A DNA stretch of 63,730 nt, the filler included, from Craspedostauros australis (lineage: Eukaryota): NCBI GenBank assembly GCA_030167865.1. It is 6 parts of 6 records of this genome, joined end to end, with 100 filler letters (N's around TTAATTAATTAA, not from the genome) between each part and the next. Parts side by side here need not be neighbours in the genome. Positions count along the whole stretch, not along the records: positions 32,132 to 45,187 come from JALAGF010003948.1; positions 45,288 to 54,687 come from JALAGF010003950.1; positions 54,788 to 61,683 come from JALAGF010003955.1; 3 more parts are not named here. The stretch is one strand, 5' to 3'. The notes under the pieces are model-generated. The model saw only the letters and a list, made by a program, of their open reading frames with translations. It ran no database searches and had not been told where the DNA came from. Made by a program: the position numbers and the translations under genes. Below, piece by piece: positions 44,601-55,957 of this stretch (positions are counted from its first letter, which is position 1; the number at the start of each line of letters is the position of its first letter).

Positions 44601-45187
44601 GCAGCGAAGTACCCTAACCTGCGCTCCATGATGATCCGAACGTGCCATGACATGACGAAAGAGCTGATCCAGAAGGCAAAGAACGAGGTGGAAGACCATC
44701 TTGAGATGGAGCAGCACCATCCTTACACGCAAGACGACGCGCTGATCCGAGAGATCGCCAAATCCAGATACTCCAACCTGCGCAACGACTTGGAATGGAA
44801 CTTGAAGCTCCGCCAGAAGGAGGATGTCGTGTACGACCGCGAGGCGTTGCTTGCCATCTTGGACCGCGTGTTCAATAAGCATCAGGCTGGGTTCAGCTCG
44901 TCGTCATGGGGCGATCCACAGCAGGCCGAGAATATCGGCGGTGGAGGAGGGAGCAATGCAGGCCATGGTAGCAGCGCGAACGTGACGATGTACATGGCGG
45001 AGGAGATGGAGTTCATCCTAAGCTCGTACGGAAAGATGGCGACGCGGCGCATCATGGATCGGATGCCCATGATCTGCTGGCAAACGTGCCGCACCTTGAA
45101 ACGAAATCTGCAGGACATGCTGCTGGGTGGCGTGACGGACAGCGCGCTCGAGACGAAGTACTTTGCCGATTCCCCGGCCGTGCTGGA
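41628..45187 (+). CDS. Dynamin-like GTPase, second assembled copy (3'-truncated by the scaffold end)
   Basis: Identical to 25480-29127 up to the linker. Confidence 0.88.
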
Positions 45188-45287
45188 NNNNNNNNNNNNN
45201 NNNNNNNNNNNNNNNNNNNNNNNNNNNNNNNTTAATTAATTAANNNNNNNNNNNNNNNNNNNNNNNNNNNNNNNNNNNNNNNNNNNN
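45188..45287. other. Artificial scaffold-concatenation linker
   Basis: 44N-TTAATTAATTAA-44N. Confidence 0.97.
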
Positions 45288-45312
45288 CAGCACGAGCGCA
45301 GGCGCCATCAAC

Positions 45313-48300
45313 ATGACCACAATTGCTGAGCACAAGCACAAGGACGCGACCTCCATTCCTGAATTCGAGAGCGCTCGAACCAACATGCAAATCGACAAGG
45401 CGGTTTACAATGCGCACGGTCCCGAAGATCCGAGTCTATCCCATGATGCCTCCTCCATCGTCAGTGACCTGGACTCGCACCAAGCGGAGCTTCCCTTCGA
45501 TCAGGTTGGCCTGATCGGCAGGAGCAAGGAGCTCAGGTTGCTTCGGCATGCATTCAACAAGACTTTCATGGGGACAGCCCAACGTAGCGATGCGTCTCGC
45601 GATGCCAAAGAACCCAACAGCTGTGACATCAGCGGTGACAGCAGCATCGGCAAGAGCCTGGATTCTGCAGAGTTTGAAGCGGATGCTCCGAAGAGCAACG
45701 GCAGCATCGAAAACGACCACAGCAGCGCTGTGCTGCCAACCGTCCCACCCTCGAGAAGGACGCTCGTGCTCATACCGGGGCACTCGGGCAGTGGAAAGAC
45801 GGCGCTTGCCATGCAAGTGAAACAATTCGGGTATGCCCAAGACACCACCAAGCGGCAACCACCCTTCCATGGTTTCTTCGCATGTGGCAAATGCGAGATC
45901 TCCGAAATGAATGCGGAACAACCGTACGCCGGCATCAAATCGGCCTTGAGGGATCTGTGCAATCAGATCCTCTGCTTGCCAAGGGACGAGCAGCAGACTG
46001 ATTTCTTGAGCACCGCACCATTGTCGAAGATGGTCAAGAAAGCGGCATCAATGACCGTATCAGAATCCACCGCGGCTTCGTCGTCTTCCGTATCCTCGTC
46101 TGCATCGGTGTCATCATCGTCGTCATCTCCAACGCCGTCACCGTTGCTGTTGCCGTCACCAACAGCGAATGAGGCGAATGCAAGGTCTGATGGAGAAACG
46201 GGTCCTTCCTCGCCACCAGAAGCCGTGAACGACCCGCGTCGGCTCTCCATTCTTCGGGAGAAGCTGAAACAAGGAATGACACGAGGCGAGATTCTCGCGC
46301 TGTCCAATGTCATCCCCGAACTTCCTCAAGTCGTTTACGGCGTCGACTTCCTGGAAGTGGTCGGCGATTCTGTCAGCGCCGGCACCTCCGCCAAGCAAGT
46401 GAGTGACGAATCCTGCGCCATGAGCGTATCGACCGCATTCTCGATGAGACAGCACAAGACCAGACCGTGGACCGAGCGCATCGGATACCGCGCCCACGGC
46501 GACAGGCTCAAGTTCGCCCTCCAGAAGCTGATCCAGATTGTGTGCAGCTACCGCCCCCTGGTCTTCGTCGTCGATGATCTGCAGTGGGCGGACAAGGCGT
46601 CGCTGGATATTCTCAAATCATGGATGTTCGACACCCAGAATTCGTCCCTGATGGTGATTGGATGCTACAGATCCAACCTCCTTGAGGAAAATGATTCCCT
46701 CAAGGCCACCCTGACGACTCTCGAAGAATCCAAGCGAGAGAGGTCGTTGCGGATCGTCAACCTCCCCATCCAAGACCTGGAACTCCATCACATAAATGAG
46801 ATGCTGTGTCGTTTGCTGGGCTCTCAACCATCGAACGCATCCAACACGTTGGATGTCACCGACCAAAGCGTTGGCGGCCACTGCAAGGTCGTGGAAGCTC
46901 TTGCCGATGTTGTGCATAAGAAGACAGGAGGCAACCCTTTGTTCATTCAACGATTCCTGCAATCGTTGGTGCATGACAAGTTGCTGAGATACAACGCCTC
47001 GTCGTTCTCGCCAGCACGAACACCAGCATCAACATCGAAATCAACATCGAAATCAACAGCGGCACCTGCATGGAAGTGGACATGGGACGATGACGAAATG
47101 AAAGCCAGGTCGCCAACCGCCACCACCGTCCTCACCATCATGAAGAACAAGTTGAAGCAGGTCACGAATGCATGCCAGATCCTCCCCATTGCGGCATGCT
47201 TGGGTGCGTCGTTTTCATACTCGACGATCTCTATTGTCATGCGCGGCCTCTCGATCCATTCGGCTCATTCGGCCTTCGTGCAGGAGCTGTTCGGAATCGA
47301 TCGATTCGTTTCGACCAAAGACATCGGCAAGATGCTGAGAGCATGCGAGCGCGAAGGCCTGCTGGAGAAATCACAAGGCCGTGCAGCTTCTGCGGACGAA
47401 CGCAACCAGCTGTCTTCGATCACGGAATCCAGCAACCTGCAAAGGAAGAAGGCCAGAGGTGGCTCCAAGAAATCCATCATCTACAATTTCAGCCATGACA
47501 AGGTCCAAGAAGCGGCTCTGGATTTGGTGGAGGAAAAGGAGCAGCTTTCAGAGCTCAAGTACCGTGTTGGCGAGATCCTGCTGTTCGGCCTCCCGGAGGA
47601 GGAGCTCGATCAGAAGATCTTCATGGTCACCAACCTCGTCAACTCCAGACTTGATCTCGTGCCTGACGTCAACAAAGGCAACCGCGGCAGGCGCGTGACG
47701 ATGCTCAATTTCCATGCCGGCACCAAGGCCGTCAGCTGCTCGGCGTTCCAGCTGGCGTCCATCTACTTCAAGCATTCCATCGATCTCCTCCCCAACAACC
47801 ACTGGGACGTGATGAGCGACGAGACTTTGGAGATCTACAGCGCCGCGGCCGAGTGTGCGTTTGTCCTATCAAATCTTGACCAGGCTCGCAGGTACTGCAC
47901 CGTCATCACGGAATCCAAATGCGATACGCTGCTCAAGATCGATGCCTACCAAACCCTCATCGACGTGGCGATGGCTGAGGTCCAAAAAGACACGCAGGAG
48001 GCAAGCGCCGTGGGTATCTGCATGGACGTTCTCTCCCAGCTGGGGTGCAAGCTTCCGAAACCGGGGTTCCAGCGGATGTTCCACAGCGCCATTGGTTTGA
48101 TCAAGCTGAAGCACACAGTTTCCAAGATCACTCCAAAGGTGATCAATGATCTTCGCGTCATCGACAACGAGAAGGAGGATGCCATTTTACGAATATTGGG
48201 GAAACTGACCAAGGTCTGCTACTTCTTTGATAAAAAGTCCATCACATGCGTAGTGCTGCAGATCATGCGTCGAACTCTCAAGTACGGCGTATCTGAGCAC

Positions 48301-49353
48301 TCTCCCTCGGCTTTCCTCATCCTGAGCGTCATGACGGAGTTCGGTTTTGGCAACGCTAAGACCAAGCAGATCCTGGGACAGAGGGCGCTCGATTTGATGG
48401 AGAAGATGGACAATCCGTCCACGGCGACTAGGATTATTTTCAACAATTACTCGTTGGTCCAGCACTGGAAGCGCCCTCTCGAGGACATGAGGCAGCCATT
48501 CCTAGACACGTACCGCATGGGGATGTCCATCGGCGACGTCGACACCGCAGCATGGAGTGTCGCGGTGTACATCGGAGTCGGCTTTGCCACCGGAACGCCA
48601 TTGGACCAGATCGATGCCGACTGCGCGACGTACTCTAGGGTCTTGCTCGATTTCCACCAGAGCGTACAATACGCATTCTTCATCATCTCTTGGCAACAGG
48701 TCCTCAACCTTCGCGGTGCATCCATGCACCGCACCTTGCTCATCGGCGACGCCTTCGACGAGAGCACCATCACCGCCGGTGGCGATAATGCGACGCAAGG
48801 GCTCTACTACAGAGCAACGATGACCTCAAAAATGGCGCTTTGCAGCTACTTTGGGAAATACGAAGAAGGCGCCAAACTGTTGGCACCCCACATCGATCTA
48901 GTCATGAAAGACTATCCGAGCTCGCATTCGGTGCCTCCGGTCGTATTCCTGACCGGACTCTGTTGCTTGGTGGCCACACAATCGAAGAAGGGCAACCGCC
49001 TTTATCGCAGGACTGCTCAGAAATGCCGGAAGCAACTGAAGGCATGGAGCAAGCAGGGGCATCCCAACTGCCCGCACTACATCATGCTCCTGGATGCCGA
49101 ACACAAGTGGCTGCACGGCAACCTCAAGGCCGCCACAGAACTCTTCACTCAGGCCATTCAAAGTGCTTCCGAGCGTGGGTACATCAATGATCAAGCACTC
49201 GCGAATGAGCGGCTGGGAGATTGCTGGATGGAACGTGGCCGGGATGATGACGCGAGGTCTCCATACGAAGAGTCCATTCGCTTGTATCAACAATGGGGAG
49301 CAACGAGAAAGGTCGAGGATCTGAAGGAAAAGGTGGATCAGATCTTTCAATGA
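45313..49353 (+). CDS. AAA_16/STAND-like P-loop ATPase with a TPR-like helical C-terminus (core of the bacterial COG3899-type multi-kinase sensors)
   Basis: Motifs LIGRSKEL, Walker A GHSGSGKT, GK..QPY, Walker B VFVVDDLQWAD, IGCYR, KTGGNPLFI, AACLG, FSHDKVQEAA, LNFHAG.KA..SAF and ALANE..Y..WGA..KV. It is 1,346 aa with no intron needed. Confidence 0.85.
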   Translation: MTTIAEHKHKDATSIPEFESARTNMQIDKAVYNAHGPEDPSLSHDASSIVSDLDSHQAELPFDQVGLIGRSKELRLLRHAFNKTFMGTAQRSDASRDAKEPNSCDISGDSSIGKSLDSAEFEADAPKSNGSIENDHSSAVLPTVPPSRRTLVLIPGHSGSGKTALAMQVKQFGYAQDTTKRQPPFHGFFACGKCEISEMNAEQPYAGIKSALRDLCNQILCLPRDEQQTDFLSTAPLSKMVKKAASMTVSESTAASSSSVSSSASVSSSSSSPTPSPLLLPSPTANEANARSDGETGPSSPPEAVNDPRRLSILREKLKQGMTRGEILALSNVIPELPQVVYGVDFLEVVGDSVSAGTSAKQVSDESCAMSVSTAFSMRQHKTRPWTERIGYRAHGDRLKFALQKLIQIVCSYRPLVFVVDDLQWADKASLDILKSWMFDTQNSSLMVIGCYRSNLLEENDSLKATLTTLEESKRERSLRIVNLPIQDLELHHINEMLCRLLGSQPSNASNTLDVTDQSVGGHCKVVEALADVVHKKTGGNPLFIQRFLQSLVHDKLLRYNASSFSPARTPASTSKSTSKSTAAPAWKWTWDDDEMKARSPTATTVLTIMKNKLKQVTNACQILPIAACLGASFSYSTISIVMRGLSIHSAHSAFVQELFGIDRFVSTKDIGKMLRACEREGLLEKSQGRAASADERNQLSSITESSNLQRKKARGGSKKSIIYNFSHDKVQEAALDLVEEKEQLSELKYRVGEILLFGLPEEELDQKIFMVTNLVNSRLDLVPDVNKGNRGRRVTMLNFHAGTKAVSCSAFQLASIYFKHSIDLLPNNHWDVMSDETLEIYSAAAECAFVLSNLDQARRYCTVITESKCDTLLKIDAYQTLIDVAMAEVQKDTQEASAVGICMDVLSQLGCKLPKPGFQRMFHSAIGLIKLKHTVSKITPKVINDLRVIDNEKEDAILRILGKLTKVCYFFDKKSITCVVLQIMRRTLKYGVSEHSPSAFLILSVMTEFGFGNAKTKQILGQRALDLMEKMDNPSTATRIIFNNYSLVQHWKRPLEDMRQPFLDTYRMGMSIGDVDTAAWSVAVYIGVGFATGTPLDQIDADCATYSRVLLDFHQSVQYAFFIISWQQVLNLRGASMHRTLLIGDAFDESTITAGGDNATQGLYYRATMTSKMALCSYFGKYEEGAKLLAPHIDLVMKDYPSSHSVPPVVFLTGLCCLVATQSKKGNRLYRRTAQKCRKQLKAWSKQGHPNCPHYIMLLDAEHKWLHGNLKAATELFTQAIQSASERGYINDQALANERLGDCWMERGRDDDARSPYEESIRLYQQWGATRKVEDLKEKVDQIFQ

Positions 49354-49715
49354 ATAGTACGGCATGGCATGGCATGTATTGGACATGTTGCGATGGTGTA
49401 CCAGTACTCAATGGGATCTATCACACTACGAGGAGGGGAATGTTTGTTTTCGTATTATCGACTTGGTAATCTTCTTTAATATGGATGCAATAGTACTCTC
49501 GAGAGTAGATGTTGTGCTCTTCGGTTGTGTGGAGCAAGATGGCGTGTCTCTCACAGAGTACTCACGTTCGACTCTGCTCATGTTTGCCAGGAATCGAGGG
49601 TGCGACTATGTATTAATATCATATATTACCGCACCTCCCAAAATACCAAAAATAGACTGACCGATAAATCAAAGTCGGACACACTCGCAAGTCTATTGTG
49701 GACCTTCCTCCTCTG

Positions 49716-50373
49716 TGTCAAGAGTATGACGGATGATGGACAGACTAAAGGTGTGACATGGTTGAGATGATTGACGAACCAACATGGCGAACAATGGATG
49801 TGAAAGGGAGACTGAAACACCGAAGTGTTCCAAGCACGATGGTTGACCAGTTGAACCAAACATCTATACGAAAACGCTATCAAGGTTGTGTCACTCAGAA
49901 CCCAGAACATGATTACGTGACTGAGAGAGAACCACCAAAGGAGAACAAAGCGCGGACTGGAACATCATCGAAGGATTGGACTGATCGTGCCAGAACACCA
50001 TGTTCTGAACCAAGTGTGACCACCAGTGAACATGTGAGAAGAGTGAGTGAACAACACGGAAGAGTGCACTGAATGAGTGATGGATGCCTGATAGGAAGAG
50101 AGTGAAATCAGCATTGGTATGCATGCACTGTAGGAGTGTAGTAGGAAACCTCAATGGACAAGCATAATGAAATGCACCTATCATGAGCAATGAGATGCGA
50201 ATGATGGAGGAGGTTTGCTATGATGAATGCAGGAGCATCTACAGGGTGCCACTAGCATCATTGTGGGCAAGCGACTTGAGGAAACAAGAAATGAAGATGT
50301 TGTTCTCACAGTTCTAAAACGGTACAGTTTAATAAAGGTTAAACTACAGTGTCAATACCCCGGATTTCCAACA
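49716..50373 (+). mobile_element. Candidate 5' LTR of the copia element (left boundary uncertain)
   Basis: Non-coding segment TGT...CCAACA directly upstream of gag with AATAAA at 50331. No second copy was found in the window. Confidence 0.3.
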
Positions 50374-50460
50374 CGTTTCGAAACGTTACGATTGAAATCC
50401 TACGTTTCAACCACCATCAGCACAGCAACACCTGCCAACACCCTTACCACCACCATCATC

Positions 50461-51730
50461 ATGAGTTCCTTTTTAGGCAAGTCCAATCGTTACCTTATCG
50501 TGTTCAACGGAAAGAAGTCCAACTGGAATGCATGGAGTGCGAAGTACCTAGGCCGCGCTGATCGCAAAGGCTACGGCAACTTTTACCTCCAAGCTCTTGA
50601 CACCGTAGTGGTGAAGGATGAGCTACTTGGACCAACTGATCTCGTCGCCCCACCAGGCGGAGATGCAGGTAAGACAGGTCCCAAGAAGGTGTCAGTCATG
50701 TCCTACAAGGAGAAGGCTGAGTACCGAAAGGCATTGGCAAAGTACACGTTTGAAGAACTGACCATAGCTATCAACCATGAAACTCCGTAAGGCAATGTCG
50801 CCTTCATGGTTGTGCTGGGATGCAAGAGCGGTACCTACGAAAGTGGTGATCCAAGCAAGGCGTGGAAGGCGCTCGAGTGCATCTACGAGCAACGCACTGC
50901 ACCTGTGAAGGCGCAGTTGTTGGTTCAACTCAACGGAATGCGGTTGAAGAAGGGCGAGCGCCCTGATTCGTTCCTCACCAACATGGAGGTGCTCCGCAAC
51001 CGTTTGGAGAACGCTGGTGTCAAGATGGACACCGAGCAATACCACATGCTTGTGCTCAACGCTCTTGGGAGAGACTACGAGATGGACGTGAAGCTCATAG
51101 AGCTCAAGTTTGCAGGAAAGGAAGAGAAGATGACAGTTGAAGACATCCGCGAGGCCGTGAGCCTCACCTACAACCGCCACCATATCAAACATGGTTCTAT
51201 GCGCAAAGGAGGCAACCATGGCAAGGAGGAGATGGCCTTGGCTGCAATCGGCGGGTTCAAGGGCTGTCGAAATGTGTGACATCAGTAATTCCCGTTTGTA
51301 CGGGACTAAACCAGAATAGAGTACAGAAACAACAAATTCCCCCTCACCGTCAATGTGGCAAGCGCATGATCGATCATTCCTGAGCATTACAAGAGCATGT
51401 TACTTTTGGGACTACGGAGAATTTCGACAAAGGGCAACTGTCGCAACTGTGGTGTCTACGGCCACATGAAGATGGACCGTCGCTCCCCAACCAAGAGCGG
51501 CAATGGCAAGCAAGGCGGAGGTGCCAAGAAAAACAGCAACCATGGCAAGAGCAATTCCTGCGCCAGCGGCTTCAATGGCAAGTGCAAGTTCTGTGGCAAG
51601 ACAGGCCATAAGATCTTGCAGTTCTTCAAGTTGAGAGCAGTGATGAAGGACGCAGACTCAGTCAATGTGGCTACTGATGGGATGGACAGCATGGACGACG
51701 TCGCGCTGGTCACCATCGATGATGTGATGA
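50461..51730 (+). pseudogene. Decayed Ty1/copia gag (UBN2-type) with two degenerate zinc knuckles
   Basis: FNGKKSNWNAWSAKYLGRA start, an in-frame TAA at 50788, GDPSKAWKALE..Y, VLNAL..DY, and knuckles CRNCGVYGHMKMDR and CKFCGKTGHKILQF (last Cys lost in both). No recognisable pol follows. Confidence 0.85.
51265..51429. mobile_element. 165-bp nested insertion with 9-bp terminal inverted repeats and a 6-bp target-site duplication
   Basis: AAGGGC|TGTCGAAAT...ATTTCGACA|AAGGGC. Removing it restores gag GGFKG-NCRNCG. Confidence 0.9.
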
Positions 51731-54687
51731 TGTGTCACAAAATCGTGAAGGATGGAGAAATCGTGCGCAACATCGAAAATGTGTGTCGAGATGTACATGT
51801 GAGTATATGTCAAGATGTACGTGTATATGTGCATTGTTCACCCGTTATTCTCAAATACGTACTTGGACAGCACAACTACATTCGTGTCAATAGTATGCTG
51901 CAATTCGTCAGAATTACAGTGGAAATGGAACACAGGAAAACGAGCAGAATTTCTGGAGGAAATTTGCAATCGACGATTTCTGAGAGAATTGGAAATATCG
52001 TCCGTCCATCCATCAACGGAAATGTATGGTACCAAGAGAATCTTGAGGTACCTCCCAACTAAACCTCAGATGACAATATCATCTGACAGACCACTGCATC
52101 ACCAATGGAACGTGACATCTGGAGAGCAGAAGGACGCCTACTGACATCAACAGGATGTCATCATGTCACCACGTCGACATCTGTCTCCAAGTCAGAGCAG
52201 GAGGCAAAGATCCGATGACCGAAGAGCATCAGGATCATGGATACGGGAGATGAACTTCAAATGGTAAGTACTCATGGAGCAGGAGCCAGTACTGAATGAA
52301 CGGAGTGTTGAATGCAGAGTACGCATTGAACACGGAGTATTGTGTAACACAATACTCGCAACATTGAGAAGAGAGAGAATAAGTTAGGATTCGGGCGTAG
52401 TCGGCACGAATCGGTGGAGGATGCCTCATGAATCTGCCGGCTTCAAGATAGCCGTGTAATGCAGTTCAAGAGAGGTGTACTGATTGAAGAGTTGTTACTG
52501 TAACGATGAGTAGTAGAGTGCTTTGTAGCTATTCCTTGTCTTGTTATTATGAGTTAGCTTATAGTGTTGGTAGGGTGAAGAAACGATGCCACACAACTTG
52601 GTGAGACCCTGCACTGATGTACTTGGTTCAGTGCTTGAGGGTAGACGATCATTGCAGTTCCTTGCTCTCCACACACATAGACACACTGTAGTGTAGGTCA
52701 TAACACCTGATAGTGACGGTCATGAAGTCAGTGGCTGTGGCTGGAGCTGGTCCTCGGATTCCATTGCTCAAGTTGAAGCAAGTTGGATACACGCGTCAAG
52801 ACTACGGCAATGTGCAGTAGTCATCAGCATGGAGGGAATCGAGATGTGTTGTAGTAAGAAGGATCTGAGGAGCATATAGTTCCCGAGGTGAGGTGTGAGT
52901 CAGGTCGGTCATGTCATGTGTCATGATGGATTCATGAATGGAGGAGAGAAAGGAGGAGAAAAGATTTGGTGGTCGATCGAGTCGGAAGATTTCGCGCCAA
53001 AACAAGAATTTCTACCATCGGATTGATACCGTGTCCGGAAATAGTCTGTCCCTCGTTGAATCTCAACTGAATACGAATAGCAGCGAGAGAGCATCTTGCG
53101 TACCGACTCATAGTCGGAGACCCAATCTACGAAACAGGGAGACGCGCCGAGAGCATCGGTCAAGAGAACGGTGACGCCAAGAGGATCGGAGTACCAACGT
53201 AATGAAATAGCAAACAGAACAACTATCAACCAACACCGTCTTCCACGATCGCAAGGTATCTGTTTACGGAGCTTGCCAACACAGGTTCGCTGGCAAGAAC
53301 GAGCATCACAGCAGAGATGTAGCTGCAAATCGAATCATTACATGTTTTCGGTACACCTGTGATTGGAGTGCCTGTACGCACATTGTCTGCTTGATGACAT
53401 GGAGGTTGGGATTGTGATGTGTGATGTTTGGTTTTGTGGCGCGAATCGTTTTTTGTTTTTTCGCGATTGGTCTGTGTTGTCACATGATCAGGGTGTTGTG
53501 TTGCAGAGTTGTCACTTTGTGTTGTGGAATGGTCCATGTGTGGTGTGGCGCTATTGGCGTGTGCTGCGCAGCCATCGGGTTGTGTTGTGGAGCAAGGGCC
53601 ACGTGCTGCGAGACGCTTTCACTTCTTGTGTTGTGAGTGGTTTTGCATCAAGTTAGCACACGCATGGATTGGTATTGAGGGTGGTAAAACCCAAAGATTC
53701 AGATTCATGGGTTATCGGGTCATGTAGACCTGCCATGTGGTTCCTTGAGCTCTTGTGGTTGGACGATGCCCGTGTTCGCATGTTAACCCCGTGTTAACCG
53801 TTTGTCACACATTCCTGCTTGGAATGACGTGGAATCCGTCCCCTGTGACGTAGAAGACGGATCGGGAAGAGACATCGCAAAATAGATGTAAATATTCAAT
53901 CACCGCTTCTCCCAATTGGGAGCAAACCTGTGGCAACAAGGGGCCAACACTCTACAACTAGTGTTATCGTGGAAACCGTTTTACACTTGGTGCAGGTAGT
54001 AGCAACCTGTAGAGTAGGAGTCATCAAGTGAGGCCTTTGGTGCTTTGAATCGCACAAATCCTCTGCATTTCGAGCATCGCACAGATGGCACAGAGGCGTC
54101 TGTGAGTTGTTTCCGATGGAAACCTCTCGTTGTGTCGTCTCCATCTGGGGCATCGACATTGCAGCTATCAGATGATGCTCCCATACCTGGAGTGTGCAAT
54201 TGCTGCGTTGACCCTGTCCTGCGCTCCACAAGTGCGGGGAGAGTGGAGGTGTTTGCGTGGCTCATAATTTCATAATATCGGCTTCTAAGCCAATCAGATC
54301 ACTCCATTATGAACACAAGATACCTTNNNNNNNNNNNNNNNNNNNNNNNNNNNNNNNNNNNNNNNNNNNNNNNNNNNNNNNNNNNNNNNNNNNNNNNNNN
54401 NNNNNNNNNNNNNNNNNNNNNNNNNNNNNNNNNNNNNNNNNNNNNNNNNNNNNNNNNNNNNNNNNNNCTTCCTCTCAAATCGCTCCTCCAACGGCAATTT
54501 GGGAGTTTTTTGTGATTTCCTCCCTCGCATGCGTTGGCATCAGTTTTCATAGCCTCTGTTGTGCATGTATCGTCGTGCTACCCTCTACTTCCTCCCTTGT
54601 TTCTACCATCGACATGTGCTATTTGTCCATCTTTCATGCACACTGTGCCCTTCCATCATATAGCTTGTTCCAAGAGTTGTAGTATGA

Positions 54688-54787
54688 NNNNNNNNNNNNN
54701 NNNNNNNNNNNNNNNNNNNNNNNNNNNNNNNTTAATTAATTAANNNNNNNNNNNNNNNNNNNNNNNNNNNNNNNNNNNNNNNNNNNN
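54688..54787. other. Artificial scaffold-concatenation linker
   Basis: 44N-TTAATTAATTAA-44N. Confidence 0.97.
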
Positions 54788-55765
54788 GAGAAGATGGTGC
54801 CGATACCAAAGAAGGTGATCGCACCATCGTTCGCCTTGAGGTACTCCTCCTGGAGTTGCTGGGTGGTCTTGTCTTGTGTTGTCACCGGGGCACTGGCGGT
54901 TGTGATGACGGCATCACCTCCACCTAGGCTCCCGTCCAGCTCAACATACCGATCCTTGTCCAGATCTTCGCCGAAGCCTGGGAAGAAGAGGGATCGGAAG
55001 AGCTGGGATTTGGTGTCATCTCTTCGAGGTCCGACGAGCTGGATGGGTGTGTCGGGACAGCTCGGGTCCAGCTCGGACCATTTCTTGACTTCTGGTTCAT
55101 CGTCGGGAAAGGCAGGGGCGGCGTGGTCATCTCGACCGCTCTTGTTGATTTCATTCTCGTTCCAGTTGGAGAAGATCCAGCGGATCTGTTCTGTGGTGAG
55201 TGCATCCTTGAGGTTCCTGCGGATGCATTCTGCGATGGGGCTGGACTTGTGATAGGCCAATGCGATGCCTTCCTTGGCGATTTCGATCTGTGTGGTCGTT
55301 TGTGATGTGGGTGTGAACATGTGGGCGTGGGCGTAAGTGTGAGCATGAATTTAAGTGTGGTGGTTTCATCATCACCAACTCGGCTACGATCGCTCATGAA
55401 CACCAAGGCAGAGCAACATCGCCGCTTCATCAACCTTTCATTCAAGTCAACATGCTTTGCCTGCGTTCGCATGGTGTTTGTACTATACGTACCTGCAGAG
55501 CAGCCCGACTTGATCGTTTGCATTCGTAGAGGTACTCGCGAGTACCCTCGGACTGATCTGGCAGCACCACGGCTTCCGAAGACGTCCATGGCCGTGACAT
55601 GCCTGCTGCGTCCGCCACAGATGATGATGAAGTACCGCACAGCATGGATCCAGCTGCATTGGAACCCGATACATCCTCCAGTCGGATGTCGGCGGAGCAG
55701 TCCTGTGGTTGATCGGTATCAAAGTAGAGGTTGGCCCATCGATCGAGAAGCGGGTAGATGGCGGA
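54788..55765. repeat. Terminal direct repeat of scaffold 5 (978 bp, same as 60706-61683)
   Basis: Same sequence and same ORFs at offset 5,918; both ends coincide with the scaffold ends. Confidence 0.95.
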
Positions 55766-55957
55766 ACTGGCAGCGATGGAGACCTGTTCATCGGCACCGC
55801 TGCCATCGGCGCTGTTGGCGCTGTCACATTGGTAGGTGGTGACGGAGGCAGCCATGGTGACATTGATGAACGAGGTGAGGATGATGGCGCTGAAGAGCAG
55901 GAGGAGCATCCTTGCTCTTGGTGTCGCCATTGTCGTTGCCTTCATCGTCATCATCAT
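54788..55957 (-). CDS. PstS-like phosphate-binding protein, 5' part (exon 1 about 55957-55493, intron 55492-55288, exon 2 running off the scaffold)
   Basis: Signal peptide LLLLFSAIILTSFINVTMA; SIAASSAIYPLLDRWA..Y; GS.AAG; AAGMSRPW. The splice CAG|GTACGT...CAG|ATC gives LQ|IEIAKEGI. Confidence 0.8.

Larger units (their letters stand above)
38724..45187. repeat. Reverse-complement duplicate of 25568-32031 (6,464 bp)
   Basis: Mirrored identical ORFs (coordinate sum 70755); junction bases were checked. Confidence 0.95.

Noticed and set aside
17283..45187. Apparent giant inverted repeat
   Set aside because: The two arms are on different scaffolds with arbitrary orientation. Only the permuted order of the blocks is informative.
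51730..54687. Further LTR-like fragments (e.g. TGTTA...TAACA at 52493-52705) and short ORFs
   Set aside because: Probably nested TE debris, but I found no matching TSDs, paired LTRs or pol motifs, so no boundaries can be supported.
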